From Picochlorum sp. SENEW3 (lineage: Eukaryota): DNA of 64,000 bases. The translations under genes were made by a program, and so were the position numbers. Location: NCBI GenBank assembly GCA_034226945.1, contig CP120458.1, positions 930,001 through 994,000 of the forward strand. Reading direction: 5' to 3'. The notes beneath the pieces are model-generated. The model was not told the DNA's origin. It made no database searches and was given only the letters and a program-made list of their open reading frames with translations. Of the stretch, positions 21,349-31,635 are shown piece after piece. The stretch's first letter is position 1, and each line of letters begins with the position of its first letter.

Positions 21349-22203
21349 TTATTGTAATTCTCCCATCAGAAAATCATTCACAGCCTTGTGGCGTGATGCC
21401 ATCTCCTTGGTGGCCGTTGAAATCATGTCAAGCATCAAGGCAGGAGGAATGCCCTGCCCACGATGCTTGGATACCCCGCACACATGCCCCTCTGGATTCG
21501 TCGACACACAAATCACGGCAGTCGCAGCTTCTTCCTCAGCTCCAGTAAGGTCTAAGGCAACAGCAGCAGTCCCTAAGAGTCCCACAGATACTGTCAACGG
21601 AACTCGGGCAACATCCAATCGTGTTGCGTGCTCGGGATCATCATCCACCTCAAAATCCTCTTCATCCCCATCCTGCTGTACTTCAACCTTTGGAATTTTT
21701 GTATCCTGAAGCGCAGCTTTGCACCCTATACTGATCGCATCAATCACAGACCCATCCAAGTCCAACACCAGAGCATCCACATACAGCACCCAGCAGGACT
21801 TGCCAGGCAATATGCATAAACTGGACAGATCTAAAGGGGATTCATCCGGCTTTGATCCAAAACCGACACAATACAGTTTCTCGATAGCTGATGCAAGCTC
21901 TGCTGATATATCATCCCCTCCTCTTCCTCGAAATGCCGCACTGGCCACTGGAGAACACTCTACCGAAAACTCGAGACAGCCCAATCCCGGCGTACTCACA
22001 TCGGGTGTTCCAATCTCAGCCTTTACGCCTACAATAACATCTGTTCCACCTATTCGAACCCTCGAAGACCCAGCAGCTTGAGCAATGACCCCACAGGTAA
22101 TTTCTGCATCTCGAGCCTCTATTTGCCGTCTGCCATCGCAACGAACATCCTTTGCTACACTCTGGATGATGAACTCCTTTTCAGCGTCACTTATAATTCT
22201 CAT
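21349..22203 (-). CDS. RRP42: Exosome complex RNase PH subunit RRP42
   Basis: VRCDGR, GSSRVRIGGTDVIVGVKAE, SVECSP, CWVLYVDALVL, LQDTKIPKV. Confidence 0.9.
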   Translation of the reverse strand: MRIISDAEKEFIIQSVAKDVRCDGRRQIEARDAEITCGVIAQAAGSSRVRIGGTDVIVGVKAEIGTPDVSTPGLGCLEFSVECSPVASAAFRGRGGDDISAELASAIEKLYCVGFGSKPDESPLDLSSLCILPGKSCWVLYVDALVLDLDGSVIDAISIGCKAALQDTKIPKVEVQQDGDEEDFEVDDDPEHATRLDVARVPLTVSVGLLGTAAVALDLTGAEEEAATAVICVSTNPEGHVCGVSKHRGQGIPPALMLDMISTATKEMASRHKAVNDFLMGELQ

Positions 22204-22392
22204 AATGTTTTATTTCTGCCACTGGCTTGGCGAACGGTTTCATCTGAATGCATGGCATCATGAGAACTGCATCTTCATGTGCCTCTCAAGTGCATCAAAT
22301 ATGGATGGATATTGTCCCCAATGGGCTGCTTTATACTTATTTTTATATTTGTTGATTTCAATTAATGGGTCTATGCATGGTAGGATGCGGTG

Positions 22393-23685
22393 ATGGTCGG
22401 ACAGACAAGGTTGCTGTGCATGTCTGACATGTCCTTGCACCAGCACATACGAAGAACGTGCCACGGTGCTTTATTAGCAACATCATGGAGACATAATATC
22501 TACCAAAATGCTATGAAGCAACGCAGAGCCGTAGCATACTCATCTGATGGGACCCAAGGTGGTTTGAACAATGACTGTCACACGTTTTCGGTATCAGAGC
22601 TGGATTTGAAGGACAATGGTCAGAAACTGCGATTGGATGCGTTTCTATCGAACAAACTTTCTCATCAAGAGACGAGTAGGGCGAGGCTGCAGTCCACCAT
22701 CAAGCAAGGCAGGGTGCTGGTGAATGGCACAGTCCTCACAAAGGCATCATATGCTGTCAGAGTTGGAGATTCCGTGGAATGTAGCGTGCTGCCGCCTCCA
22801 CCCCTTCGAGCAGATCCCGAAGATATTGATTTGGACATTGTGTATGAAGACGACGATGTGATTGTCATCAACAAGGAGGCTGATATGGTGATGCATCCAG
22901 CACCTGGTCATACAAGTGGCACCATGGTGAATGCGTTATTACACCATTGTGGCTTGGAATCTGTTGAGTTAGATGGTAATGATGCGGGATCTCTTATAGC
23001 GGATCGAGATGAAGACCAGGGAGGCGTGTCTCTGATGCCAGCCTCTTCATCTAGGTCTCAGAATGTGATTCGACCAGGAATAGTACATAGATTAGATAAG
23101 GGCACGACAGGGTTGGTTGTTGTGGCAAAGACAGATGTAGCCCATGCATCGTTGTCGGCTCAATTTAAAGACCGGACTGTCAGCAGAACGTATCTGTCAC
23201 TGACACTGGGTGTTCCTACACCATCAGAAGCTAGAATACGTACAAATATCGGCAGAGATTTCCGTGATCGGAAGAAAATGGCTGCATTTGAGTATGCATG
23301 TACACGGGGGAAGTCAGCTGCGAGCAACTATACTGTGTTGGAGACATTGGCATCAGGCACAGCAGCGCTGGTATCATGGAAGCTGGAGACGGGAAGGACC
23401 CATCAGATACGAGTCCATGCCAAACACATCCGCCATCCATTATTCGGTGATGATACATACAGCGGCTCTGTCTCTTCTGCAACGAGGGTCATTGGACAAG
23501 GTAAATCTGCTCGGATAGCCCAGGTACACAAGCTTGTACAAGTACTGAACAATCGCCCAGCATTGCATGCACAAACCCTTGGGTTTGAACACCCAACCAG
23601 ACCAAATAAAGAACGACTTGTATTCTCATGTGATCCTCCAGAAGACTTTGCACTCGTTTTACAGTCATTACGTCATGAATTGTAA
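22393..23685 (+). CDS. RluA/RluD-family RNA pseudouridine synthase with S4 domain, organelle-targeted
   Basis: RLDAFL (S4), IVYEDDDVIVINK, RPGIVHRLDKGTTG (catalytic Asp), LETGRTHQIRVH, LHAQTLGFEHP. Confidence 0.92.
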   Translation: MVGQTRLLCMSDMSLHQHIRRTCHGALLATSWRHNIYQNAMKQRRAVAYSSDGTQGGLNNDCHTFSVSELDLKDNGQKLRLDAFLSNKLSHQETSRARLQSTIKQGRVLVNGTVLTKASYAVRVGDSVECSVLPPPPLRADPEDIDLDIVYEDDDVIVINKEADMVMHPAPGHTSGTMVNALLHHCGLESVELDGNDAGSLIADRDEDQGGVSLMPASSSRSQNVIRPGIVHRLDKGTTGLVVVAKTDVAHASLSAQFKDRTVSRTYLSLTLGVPTPSEARIRTNIGRDFRDRKKMAAFEYACTRGKSAASNYTVLETLASGTAALVSWKLETGRTHQIRVHAKHIRHPLFGDDTYSGSVSSATRVIGQGKSARIAQVHKLVQVLNNRPALHAQTLGFEHPTRPNKERLVFSCDPPEDFALVLQSLRHEL

Positions 23686-23694
23686 TTTATTTGT

Positions 23695-24405
23695 TCAAGA
23701 ATCCACATCCATCCTCATGGTATCGCCTGTCGGACACACATTGCCTTGACTTTCCTCCTCCTCCATGTTACTCTTCGTAACTAACGATGACCCTCCAACA
23801 TATGGCACAATAGCCATGCAATGAGGTGCCGTGTCGTCCTCATCTCTACTCGCATTCTCTAGTCTCTCACCGATGCGTATACTTTGGGATGGATTTGGCA
23901 CCGTGATCATATCACGAGGATACCAATCGTGCCGATGATGATGATACCCTGGAGGTAAATGCACTTTGATTGTACTCACACCATCCTTCAACACATCACT
24001 GCCTGTCCCTATTCCAGACATGGATGCATCATCATTATGATTATTAATAATATTATTGTCATGGTTTGTCGTATACATGTGTGGATCCTCACAACTCTTG
24101 CCCTCATCATGTGTTGTTGTGGCAGAAGTCATGTCAGCCCCACCAGGAAATGCTGCTGCTGTCATCAACTTCTTTGCACGGTCGTCATCGTCACTATATA
24201 AGATTCCATCCCATTCATCCCTCGCCCGCCTTCTTCCTACTCGTGTCATTGTCACACCCTGCTGCCCCATCATGTCCCCCTCACCCAGCTTCTCCTTCTT
24301 CCTCCTCCTCCCCCAAAGCACATTCGTCAAACCCTGACCAACCGCACCATCACCGCTCGAGTACAGAGAATTCTCATACTCTCTATCACGTTTCTTCACC
24401 ATCAT
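23695..24405 (-). CDS. Hypothetical low-complexity protein
   Basis: Open frame of ~236 aa with basic clusters and a MAIVPY motif; no recognisable domain; 5' end uncertain. Confidence 0.5.
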   Translation of the reverse strand: MMVKKRDREYENSLYSSGDGAVGQGLTNVLWGRRRKKEKLGEGDMMGQQGVTMTRVGRRRARDEWDGILYSDDDDRAKKLMTAAAFPGGADMTSATTTHDEGKSCEDPHMYTTNHDNNIINNHNDDASMSGIGTGSDVLKDGVSTIKVHLPPGYHHHRHDWYPRDMITVPNPSQSIRIGERLENASRDEDDTAPHCMAIVPYVGGSSLVTKSNMEEEESQGNVCPTGDTMRMDVDS

Positions 24406-24914
24406 CCCTTCCTTCCTACAACTGCACTGGCTCTTGTATCTCCTTTCCTTCAAGCCATACTTGGTGCTGTACTAGTGCTCCATTGGAAATGACTCTCGTC
24501 GTTATGAATTAAGAAAAAATCCAATTGAATAATGCATTGGATGGTTGGGTGTCGGTCGTACATGCATTGGTGATGGGTTCATTCCGAAAGATCTTTCTAG
24601 AAGATCTGTAGATCTTTATATATAAATAAAGATCCGGATGATCCGGATCCGGATCCAAGGGGACGAGGAAATCACACATGAAGGTGACCTAGCAGATGGG
24701 GCCTGAGGTGACCTCTCTGCTACAGTTGCAACGCAGGAAGGGATCCCTGATGGCAATTTGAAGACCCCTAGCACTTTCCGGAAAGCATCAGTGATGGGCT
24801 GCGTTGGATTCCCAATAGGATTTTTCCAAAGTTGCTGATAGAAATCCCACAATCGACTTGATCCGCCCTTACAAATTTATTGCAATGTTATTGAACATGG
24901 TGAACTTATTGCGG

Positions 24915-26708
24915 TCAAAACAGCATAGTGGTGTACAACAGACATGGTATGATCAATACTACAGTAGTTAGGACATATGTTCCAGACTCTTGAGGAGAGC
25001 GAGGCTCAGAAGGAGGCTCAGAAGGAGGCTCAGAAGGAGGCTCAGAAGGACTGGTTGGTGACAGATTGGAGACAATATCAGTCACGTTTTGCAGAGCAGG
25101 GTTGACCAATGTGTTGAAGGTTTCCGAAGCTTGTGCTTGAGAATTGATCAGGAAACTATCTGATCCCTTGGACAACCCATCGATAACAGTGCTTGCAATT
25201 GTGGAATACAGGGCACTTGAAACATCAGGACTCATGGCGATGCCATACGGCGACTCCGTGTTTTTGAATCTCAAAGGCAATTCTGTCAAGCCCGGAATAG
25301 CATAAAAGGCGTCGTATGCAAATGCAAAGCACTCCCCATTCGCAATCGCTTCAAGAGCTCCATTTGCGTCATCTACAGTGACAATGTTAGCAGAGTATTC
25401 GTCCAGGAATGCATTCCAGGCAGAGCCCTCCTGAGAACACACATTCTTGTTGCGGATGAACTCTGGGTCATTTTGCTGACCAAACTCATCATACCCGTCT
25501 TGATCTACAAACAGCCCTAGACCTGACGAATAATAGAATGGACGAATAAAAGGTGCCTCCTCTAAGCGATCTGGAGTGAGAATGATTGCTCCAACACTGA
25601 TGTCAGCAGTACCATTTGTCACCACCGTCAATCTGTCTTGGAGAGTCGCTACTTGAATAATGTCTTGGTCACACGTAATGCTCTCAACATTGCAAATCGC
25701 CTTAAGCAGGTCGATTTCAATTCCACTCCAGGAAGAGTCATTTTCAAGGAATGTCTTTGTTCCATTCAGTGAAGCAAGAGGAGGCAGATTGTCAGCCCAT
25801 ATAGCAATGGTGACATTGAATTGGTCACCACTGGCAACTCCAGGAGGTCCATTGTTGATAGTTTGAATAGATCCATTTGATATGGCGAGTGGCGTGGTGA
25901 ATGAAGAGATTGCTTCCACTTGAGAAGCAATATTTTCGTCTGCAGGACTCAGACCTGGTGCAACAAGATTCTTTTCCTGATACTGCAGAATCAGACTGTC
26001 TGCTCCATCATTAAAGAGAGAGGTTATGCCCGCCTGAAGGCTTGATATCAAATTCACAGGCGCATCTAGAGCAACCATGGCTCCCATCGGCGTTTCAAAA
26101 AATGCTGGCAGGTTCACTCTCTCGAGGCCACTGTCATCTGCGAAGGAAAAGATTGAGTCCCCAGCCCAAGCAATGCAGGACCCATTCTTGATAAATGCAG
26201 GCGCATCTTCACGTGCTTCCATTGGTACAATATTTGCCCCGTATTGACTCTGGAGCGCTTCTGCGTATACCGAGCCTTTTAACACACAGATATTTTCCCC
26301 CTTTACGCTAGCGTAGGATGTCAATGCCTCCGTGTCATCCGTGTAGAGGAACCCATTGTATCCGTAATAATAGGGGTGAATGTATTGCCCTTCCTTTGCT
26401 CGATCTTCAGCAAAGGATATCCCTGCGATCGAAACGTCGGCACTCCCATTTTGAAGTGCTTGCAGTCTCCCAGCCAAATCATATACCTTGAAGAATGTGC
26501 AGTTGTTCAGGTACCCATCATCACACAGATGACGGATCACATCCGCTTCGAGCCCAGTCCAAGTTTCATAGGAATCTCCGGTAGCATTCATAAGAGGGTC
26601 AAAAAAATCCGAAGCGTAGATCGCAATGGTCGTCCCGTGTACTGGGTTGACTACAGCAAGCAGAGAGAGGACGCCGGCGCCGAAGAAACAGATTCGCTCG
26701 AGCACCAT
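24915..26708 (-). CDS. Secreted/surface protein with two tandem family-3 solute-binding (amino-acid PBP-like) domains
   Basis: Signal peptide; two copies of W(T/S)G(L/I)E.D..C..RL....NG.ADxSx..I....R......PYY/PFY; PPSE repeats; hydrophobic C-terminus. Confidence 0.8.
   Translation of the reverse strand: MVLERICFFGAGVLSLLAVVNPVHGTTIAIYASDFFDPLMNATGDSYETWTGLEADVIRHLCDDGYLNNCTFFKVYDLAGRLQALQNGSADVSIAGISFAEDRAKEGQYIHPYYYGYNGFLYTDDTEALTSYASVKGENICVLKGSVYAEALQSQYGANIVPMEAREDAPAFIKNGSCIAWAGDSIFSFADDSGLERVNLPAFFETPMGAMVALDAPVNLISSLQAGITSLFNDGADSLILQYQEKNLVAPGLSPADENIASQVEAISSFTTPLAISNGSIQTINNGPPGVASGDQFNVTIAIWADNLPPLASLNGTKTFLENDSSWSGIEIDLLKAICNVESITCDQDIIQVATLQDRLTVVTNGTADISVGAIILTPDRLEEAPFIRPFYYSSGLGLFVDQDGYDEFGQQNDPEFIRNKNVCSQEGSAWNAFLDEYSANIVTVDDANGALEAIANGECFAFAYDAFYAIPGLTELPLRFKNTESPYGIAMSPDVSSALYSTIASTVIDGLSKGSDSFLINSQAQASETFNTLVNPALQNVTDIVSNLSPTSPSEPPSEPPSEPPSEPRSPQESGTYVLTTVVLIIPCLLYTTMLF
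25001..25050. repeat. 12-bp tandem repeat (GAGGCTCAGAAG) x4, encoding (P-S-E-P)n on the minus strand
   Basis: Directly visible in the sequence. Confidence 0.9.
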
Positions 26709-27346
26709 ATTTCTTCTCGCAATTCTTTATTGATTTCAATAGACTACTGTGTATATACAGGCAAATTATTTTTTTTCGCGAGATGTCGTTTTCGCGAGCT
26801 GGTTGAGAAGAAATTTTCAATGAGAACTGACATGTATATAGCAGCAAAAAATTAATGACGTTGACACTTTATATCGTAGTTATTTAATTTTTCTAGTCTA
26901 ACATGCCCGGTGGTGACGCGAAGTGAAGCACAATCAAGGCAAATATACCACAGGCCGTGATAACCGTACGGTCTTATTGCTACGCGTAGGGAGCTCCCTC
27001 TCTCGAGAGAACCGGGTCCGGATCTTCGCGAAGATCCGGTCGGAGATTTATGGCCATGGATGCAGATCTGCAGATCTAGATCTGTGCTAGTAGAGCGAAG
27101 CACAGATTGACCCAACCACATCATCGCATGGGTGTTTCTGTCCTTGCTCCCATCTGGGTCCCGATCCATCAGAAAAAAAATTAAAAATTTTAGTAGACAC
27201 GTATGTTCAATCAATCTGGGTTGATCGATCAACTGATGCGTGGGATTTGAGCGAATCTAATCTCAAATAGAAATATTCAACCCTGTGTTCTACGTCACGT
27301 GTTGACTCATAGATTAGAAATAAATTCCTAGTACTATAGTTACTTG

Positions 27347-29536
27347 ATGTTGTCGTGTGGTGTGAGCACGAGAGCGGGAGTGGGGGGGCTACGGGCAGAA
27401 GGAGAGGCCACTCGTCCAGCTCTGGGTGCCTCGAGGGGATCGTCGTCGTTGGTGTTGCCACGGCATGGGCTATGCCTTGGACGGCAGCAAAGGATCACTG
27501 TGAAAGCAGGGTATCGGCAATCGAGTGTCTATGGCCAGTCTGGCTTGGTGCGCCTGGAAGTGGGGGATGGTCAGCAGCACGGGGTGAGTGTGGTGATTCC
27601 TTTAAACTATGCTCAGATGTTGGGTCTGAAGGGCAGAGATTTGTATCTGGATCCTATTATCAATACGGCGTACGATGATTTGTTTCATCAGGCATTGAAC
27701 CCAGGGTATTCTGCTATTGCCAAGCTGGGCAAGGAGAAGCTGTTGTTTGCTGCACGGGAAGCGTTGAGGAGCGTGAAAGGGAGAGTGTCTTTGGTGCACC
27801 CAGATGTGACGGTGGAGCCAGTGTTGCTTCCAGGGACTATGGCCTTGTTGAATCAGTTGGGGCATTATGAGTTGGTGGTGCAATTGGCAGAGCAAGTGAA
27901 GAATATCTCTACCAGGGATCTCAAGGCGACCAATAAAGGTACTTTGCGGGAGTACAAGCGAGATGTTGCGCTGGCAGCGGCATTGGCGAATTGCGGGCTC
28001 GCACGGGATGCTTTGGAGGGAGGATCTGTGTCATTAGGGTATGCGAGATTGGAAGAGGCTGCAACTATTATGGATACAAATGGAGGTAGGAGCCTTTCTT
28101 CGGATTTGTACTCGGATATCTCTCAAGCTCTTGTTGATTTGAGATCGGATGCGGTGGTGGATACGTTGAGAGAGCCTTTGGATTTGGGACAGGTGACGAA
28201 CAGGCAGGGTGCTATCAAGGCGTTTGTGGACATGCTGAAGAGTTCGTCAGTGACGGAAGAGTTTGTGTCTCGAGTGCTAGGGTATATGACGTCTATTGAA
28301 ATTGTTGAAGCTATGGACTGGATAAAAATGGCTTCGGATTCGAACAAGGAAGCGTGGTGGACTGCACAAGTGGCCATGAATGTTGCCATGGCACACATGG
28401 TTGCTGGCTTTGCGTACAGGCGACCATACTTGGTAGCAAAGGCAAGGCGGCTCTTTGGAGCTGCTCATAATAAGCAGGGGGATGTTTCGGTTCCTCTGGC
28501 TGTGTGTGAGATCTTGCTTGGAGAGACGAGCACGGCAATTAGTTTACTGATTGAGGATGAACGGCTTGGGGCAAAACTCAGAGGGGCGGCGCATATGGCA
28601 GGATCCGGGGCGAACTCTAAAGTCTACCCTGCAGATGTATTACCTGAGAGAGATGATGTGATGGGATATATCCGGTATAATTCGCCCTCGTCGAATGATG
28701 TCCTCCCAGGATTGTGTTTGTTTGTTCAGCTGTGGCTGAGCACTGTGGCATTCCCTCGAAGTAGAGATACAAAAGAGCGTCCTGTATCTCCATCACTAGG
28801 GGATTATTTTGAAGCACCAAGTACAGTAAAATATTTGACGAGTAAATCCAAGGGATTGAAAGAAGCCTTGATAGCCCTTTGGGGGCAGCAAGTAAAGCAG
28901 TTCAAATCATCAGTGGATGTAGCACGCCAGTACATGAACACGCTATCAACGAATCGTGCGATGCAGAAGACTGCATTTAATATTGTTGCTGTTATAACTG
29001 GGTTATATGTGGTATCTCAGATTGCTGCATTCAGGCCACGTGTATCGCCAGGTAGAGATGCTCTTGCAGAGAAGACTTCTTCTGCTGCTGCTGTCAAGAA
29101 GAAGACAAAGAAGCAGAAGAAAAAGGCAAGTGCCCTTGAGAACAAGGAAGCACCATTAACCAAGCAAGAAATCAAGAATATTGTCGAGTCATGGTTGGAT
29201 ATCAAAGCAGAGGCGATGGGCCCGAGGCATTATACAAAAGATTTGGCAGATGCACTTGCTGAGCCAATGTTGTCGGCTGTTGCATCAGAGGCAAAGGAAG
29301 CGAGCAAGAGCGGGTGGTTCTGGAACATCAAAGCGTTACGAGTGCGTATCGATAGTGTTTCCAACCAAAAAGATGGATCCATTCTTGCCGTCGCCGTTGT
29401 GGATGAGAATGCAGATTTATGGGCAACAAATGGAAAGATGGGTGATTCGTACAGGACATCATACAAGGTGGAATACACACTCGTCCAACAGGGTGCCTCC
29501 TGGAAGATATCATCCGCCTTGGTGGTTGGAAAATGA
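27347..29536 (+). CDS. Plastid division protein ARC6/PARC6(CDP1)-like
   Basis: IPLNYAQMLG J-like start, RDVALAAALA, LPGLCLFVQLWL..AFPRSRDT..SLGDYF, TM segment, C-terminal IMS/DUF4101 (VESWLDIKAEAMGP..YKVEY..WKI). Confidence 0.85.
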   Translation: MLSCGVSTRAGVGGLRAEGEATRPALGASRGSSSLVLPRHGLCLGRQQRITVKAGYRQSSVYGQSGLVRLEVGDGQQHGVSVVIPLNYAQMLGLKGRDLYLDPIINTAYDDLFHQALNPGYSAIAKLGKEKLLFAAREALRSVKGRVSLVHPDVTVEPVLLPGTMALLNQLGHYELVVQLAEQVKNISTRDLKATNKGTLREYKRDVALAAALANCGLARDALEGGSVSLGYARLEEAATIMDTNGGRSLSSDLYSDISQALVDLRSDAVVDTLREPLDLGQVTNRQGAIKAFVDMLKSSSVTEEFVSRVLGYMTSIEIVEAMDWIKMASDSNKEAWWTAQVAMNVAMAHMVAGFAYRRPYLVAKARRLFGAAHNKQGDVSVPLAVCEILLGETSTAISLLIEDERLGAKLRGAAHMAGSGANSKVYPADVLPERDDVMGYIRYNSPSSNDVLPGLCLFVQLWLSTVAFPRSRDTKERPVSPSLGDYFEAPSTVKYLTSKSKGLKEALIALWGQQVKQFKSSVDVARQYMNTLSTNRAMQKTAFNIVAVITGLYVVSQIAAFRPRVSPGRDALAEKTSSAAAVKKKTKKQKKKASALENKEAPLTKQEIKNIVESWLDIKAEAMGPRHYTKDLADALAEPMLSAVASEAKEASKSGWFWNIKALRVRIDSVSNQKDGSILAVAVVDENADLWATNGKMGDSYRTSYKVEYTLVQQGASWKISSALVVGK

Positions 29537-29700
29537 AAAGACTTTGACTGACGTTGACTTTTTTCCACCTCTTGCATCTCCTCCATGTTGAAATGTATGC
29601 ACATGAGGCATGACCCATGAACGGTGAAATGAATCAATTCTGCGAATGTAATGCTGATATAGACTTCTCTTTGGCTATTTTTGATATGAATAAACATTGA

Positions 29701-30372
29701 ATGATGTCAGATCTGCGTTTTGCGATGATTTGTGCGTCAAACGTGAACAGATCAGTAGCAGCGCATGCTCTGTTGAAAGAACACGGCTTTGATGTACGAA
29801 TTTTGGATGCTTTGCCTGCTATAATAAAACCTTGATAGACTAATTAATAGTATTAATGGGTGTTCATGGAATAGGTGGAAAGCTTTGGAGTAGGAAACTC
29901 TGTGAAACTGCCTGGGTTGACAGTTCAGCAGCCAAATAGATATGATTTTGATGCTACGACGTATGAGGAGATTTATAATGATTTAAAACAAAAGGATGAG
30001 TCGTTTTATACCTCGAATGGACTGTTAGATATGATGCAAAGGGATATGGGGGTCAAGCCCAGGCCCCAACGGTGGCAGAATAGGACTGACAAGGATGGTT
30101 TATTCGATGTTATTGTGACATTTGAGAAGCGGGTTATGGATATTGTCATAGCAGATCTTCAGTCTAAGAATGGTGTCCACCCATGTGCTGTGATCAATAT
30201 GGAAGTGAAGGATTCTGCATCGGAAGCACAAGTTGCAGCACCGCATGCGCTCAAGCTGTGCACCATGATTGCCGATGTGGGGGAGGATTGGGAAGAGGAA
30301 ATTGATTCTATTCTTTCGAAATTTTCGGATGAGACGACGCGTGAAATGTCGTATGATGTATGCTACCTGTGA
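29701..30372 (+). CDS. SSU72: RNA polymerase II CTD phosphatase SSU72; 2 exons (intron 29794-29874)
   Basis: Exon 1 MMSDLRFAMICASNVNRS (CX5R), spliced GFD|VESFG, VKLPG, YDF, FDVIVTFEKRV. Confidence 0.92.
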
Positions 30373-30377
30373 ACTAT

Positions 30378-31518
30378 TTATTTACACACATAATGATTGA
30401 TGGGGAGGTTTTTCTTGGAATGCCCTTGGGTAAGAGGACTATGTGACACGGTTTGGTATCGCTGTGGAGGGGATTGGTGTTGATAGGCGTAGACATGAGT
30501 AGGAGGGAGATGCTCAGCAGCAGCAGCAGCAGCAGCGTATGTTGGAACGCCATAATTAGGAAACCTTGCTGGAGAAGGAGAAGGAGTGCAGCAACAACAA
30601 CAAGATCTTCCTCTGCAGGCACCACAGCAGCGCGTTTTGCATAGAATAAAGAGAACAATGGCTGCTACATTGAAACAAAAATAGTAAAGCAGTCATCTGT
30701 ACATGATATTGCGTGGGAATATTGCGTACCTCCGACAACGATTGATGCCCCAATGATTGCCCATTTGAATAGTGGTAAACTGGTCCCTGATTCATCCTTG
30801 TATGTCTTGGGGGGAGGAGGTGGAGATGGATATACTGGAGGTCTCCAATTTGCGGTACTTTGAGAAGGAGCGGGGGTATCGGTCCTATTCATTTCCGTCT
30901 GAACGCCACAATATTCAAATGACTCAAAAGGTTGCTCCAAGTCTGTCATCCAGCCAGCATCACACTGACAGGTGCATGAGACGTCTCCTTCTGGATCAAT
31001 CTTGGGTGCTTTCATTCCATGCATTCCACATGAATATGTGCATGAAATCATTTTTGCGTAGTATACAGTATAGGCGCCAAACTGCATCATGTCATAGTTG
31101 TGGGCAAGTGAGCATTATGACAACAACATACATGTTCTGGTTTGAAACAGCATACCTGCTCCTGAGGGAATATTGCATCTGGATCTTTCTCAAGTTTTGA
31201 TATAATCACGTGAGCTGGCACTACATCGTCTGCAGCAAAATCAAAGACCAAGCTGGCATTGTACCCCACGTCTGCCTGCCCTACAGAGTAGTCGAGGGTG
31301 CGTATCTGAACACCGTGCTGAATACCCAACGCATTCTGCTCGAGATTCTGTCGAAGTAAACTAGTCATATCTTCAAATACATAGTGATCTAGCTCACTAA
31401 AGAAGATGGAGAGGTAGACGGACTCTCCATCCCTGTAAAGAGACCTATCGTCATCTGCTCCTGTTGCCACACCACACAAGCACCACCATGCAACAATCCA
31501 CAAACAGCTCAGGGACAT
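30378..31518 (-). CDS. Single-pass membrane protein (signal peptide, EGF-like Cys domain, Pro linker, TM, Cys-rich juxtamembrane tail); 3 exons (introns ~31082-31155, ~30665-30729)
   Basis: CTYSCGMHG..CTCQCDAGW..YC; the spliced TM is followed by KTRCCGACRGRSCCCC; in-frame joins end at TAA 30378-30380. Confidence 0.65.
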
Positions 31519-31635
31519 TGTCAATCTATCAAACACTCTTTATTACATACAATAATACGTCTGAGGAATATTTTTATACATGGAGCGTCCGTATACATGT
31601 CGTCAACGCCACACACATGACTGGTCATGATGTCA

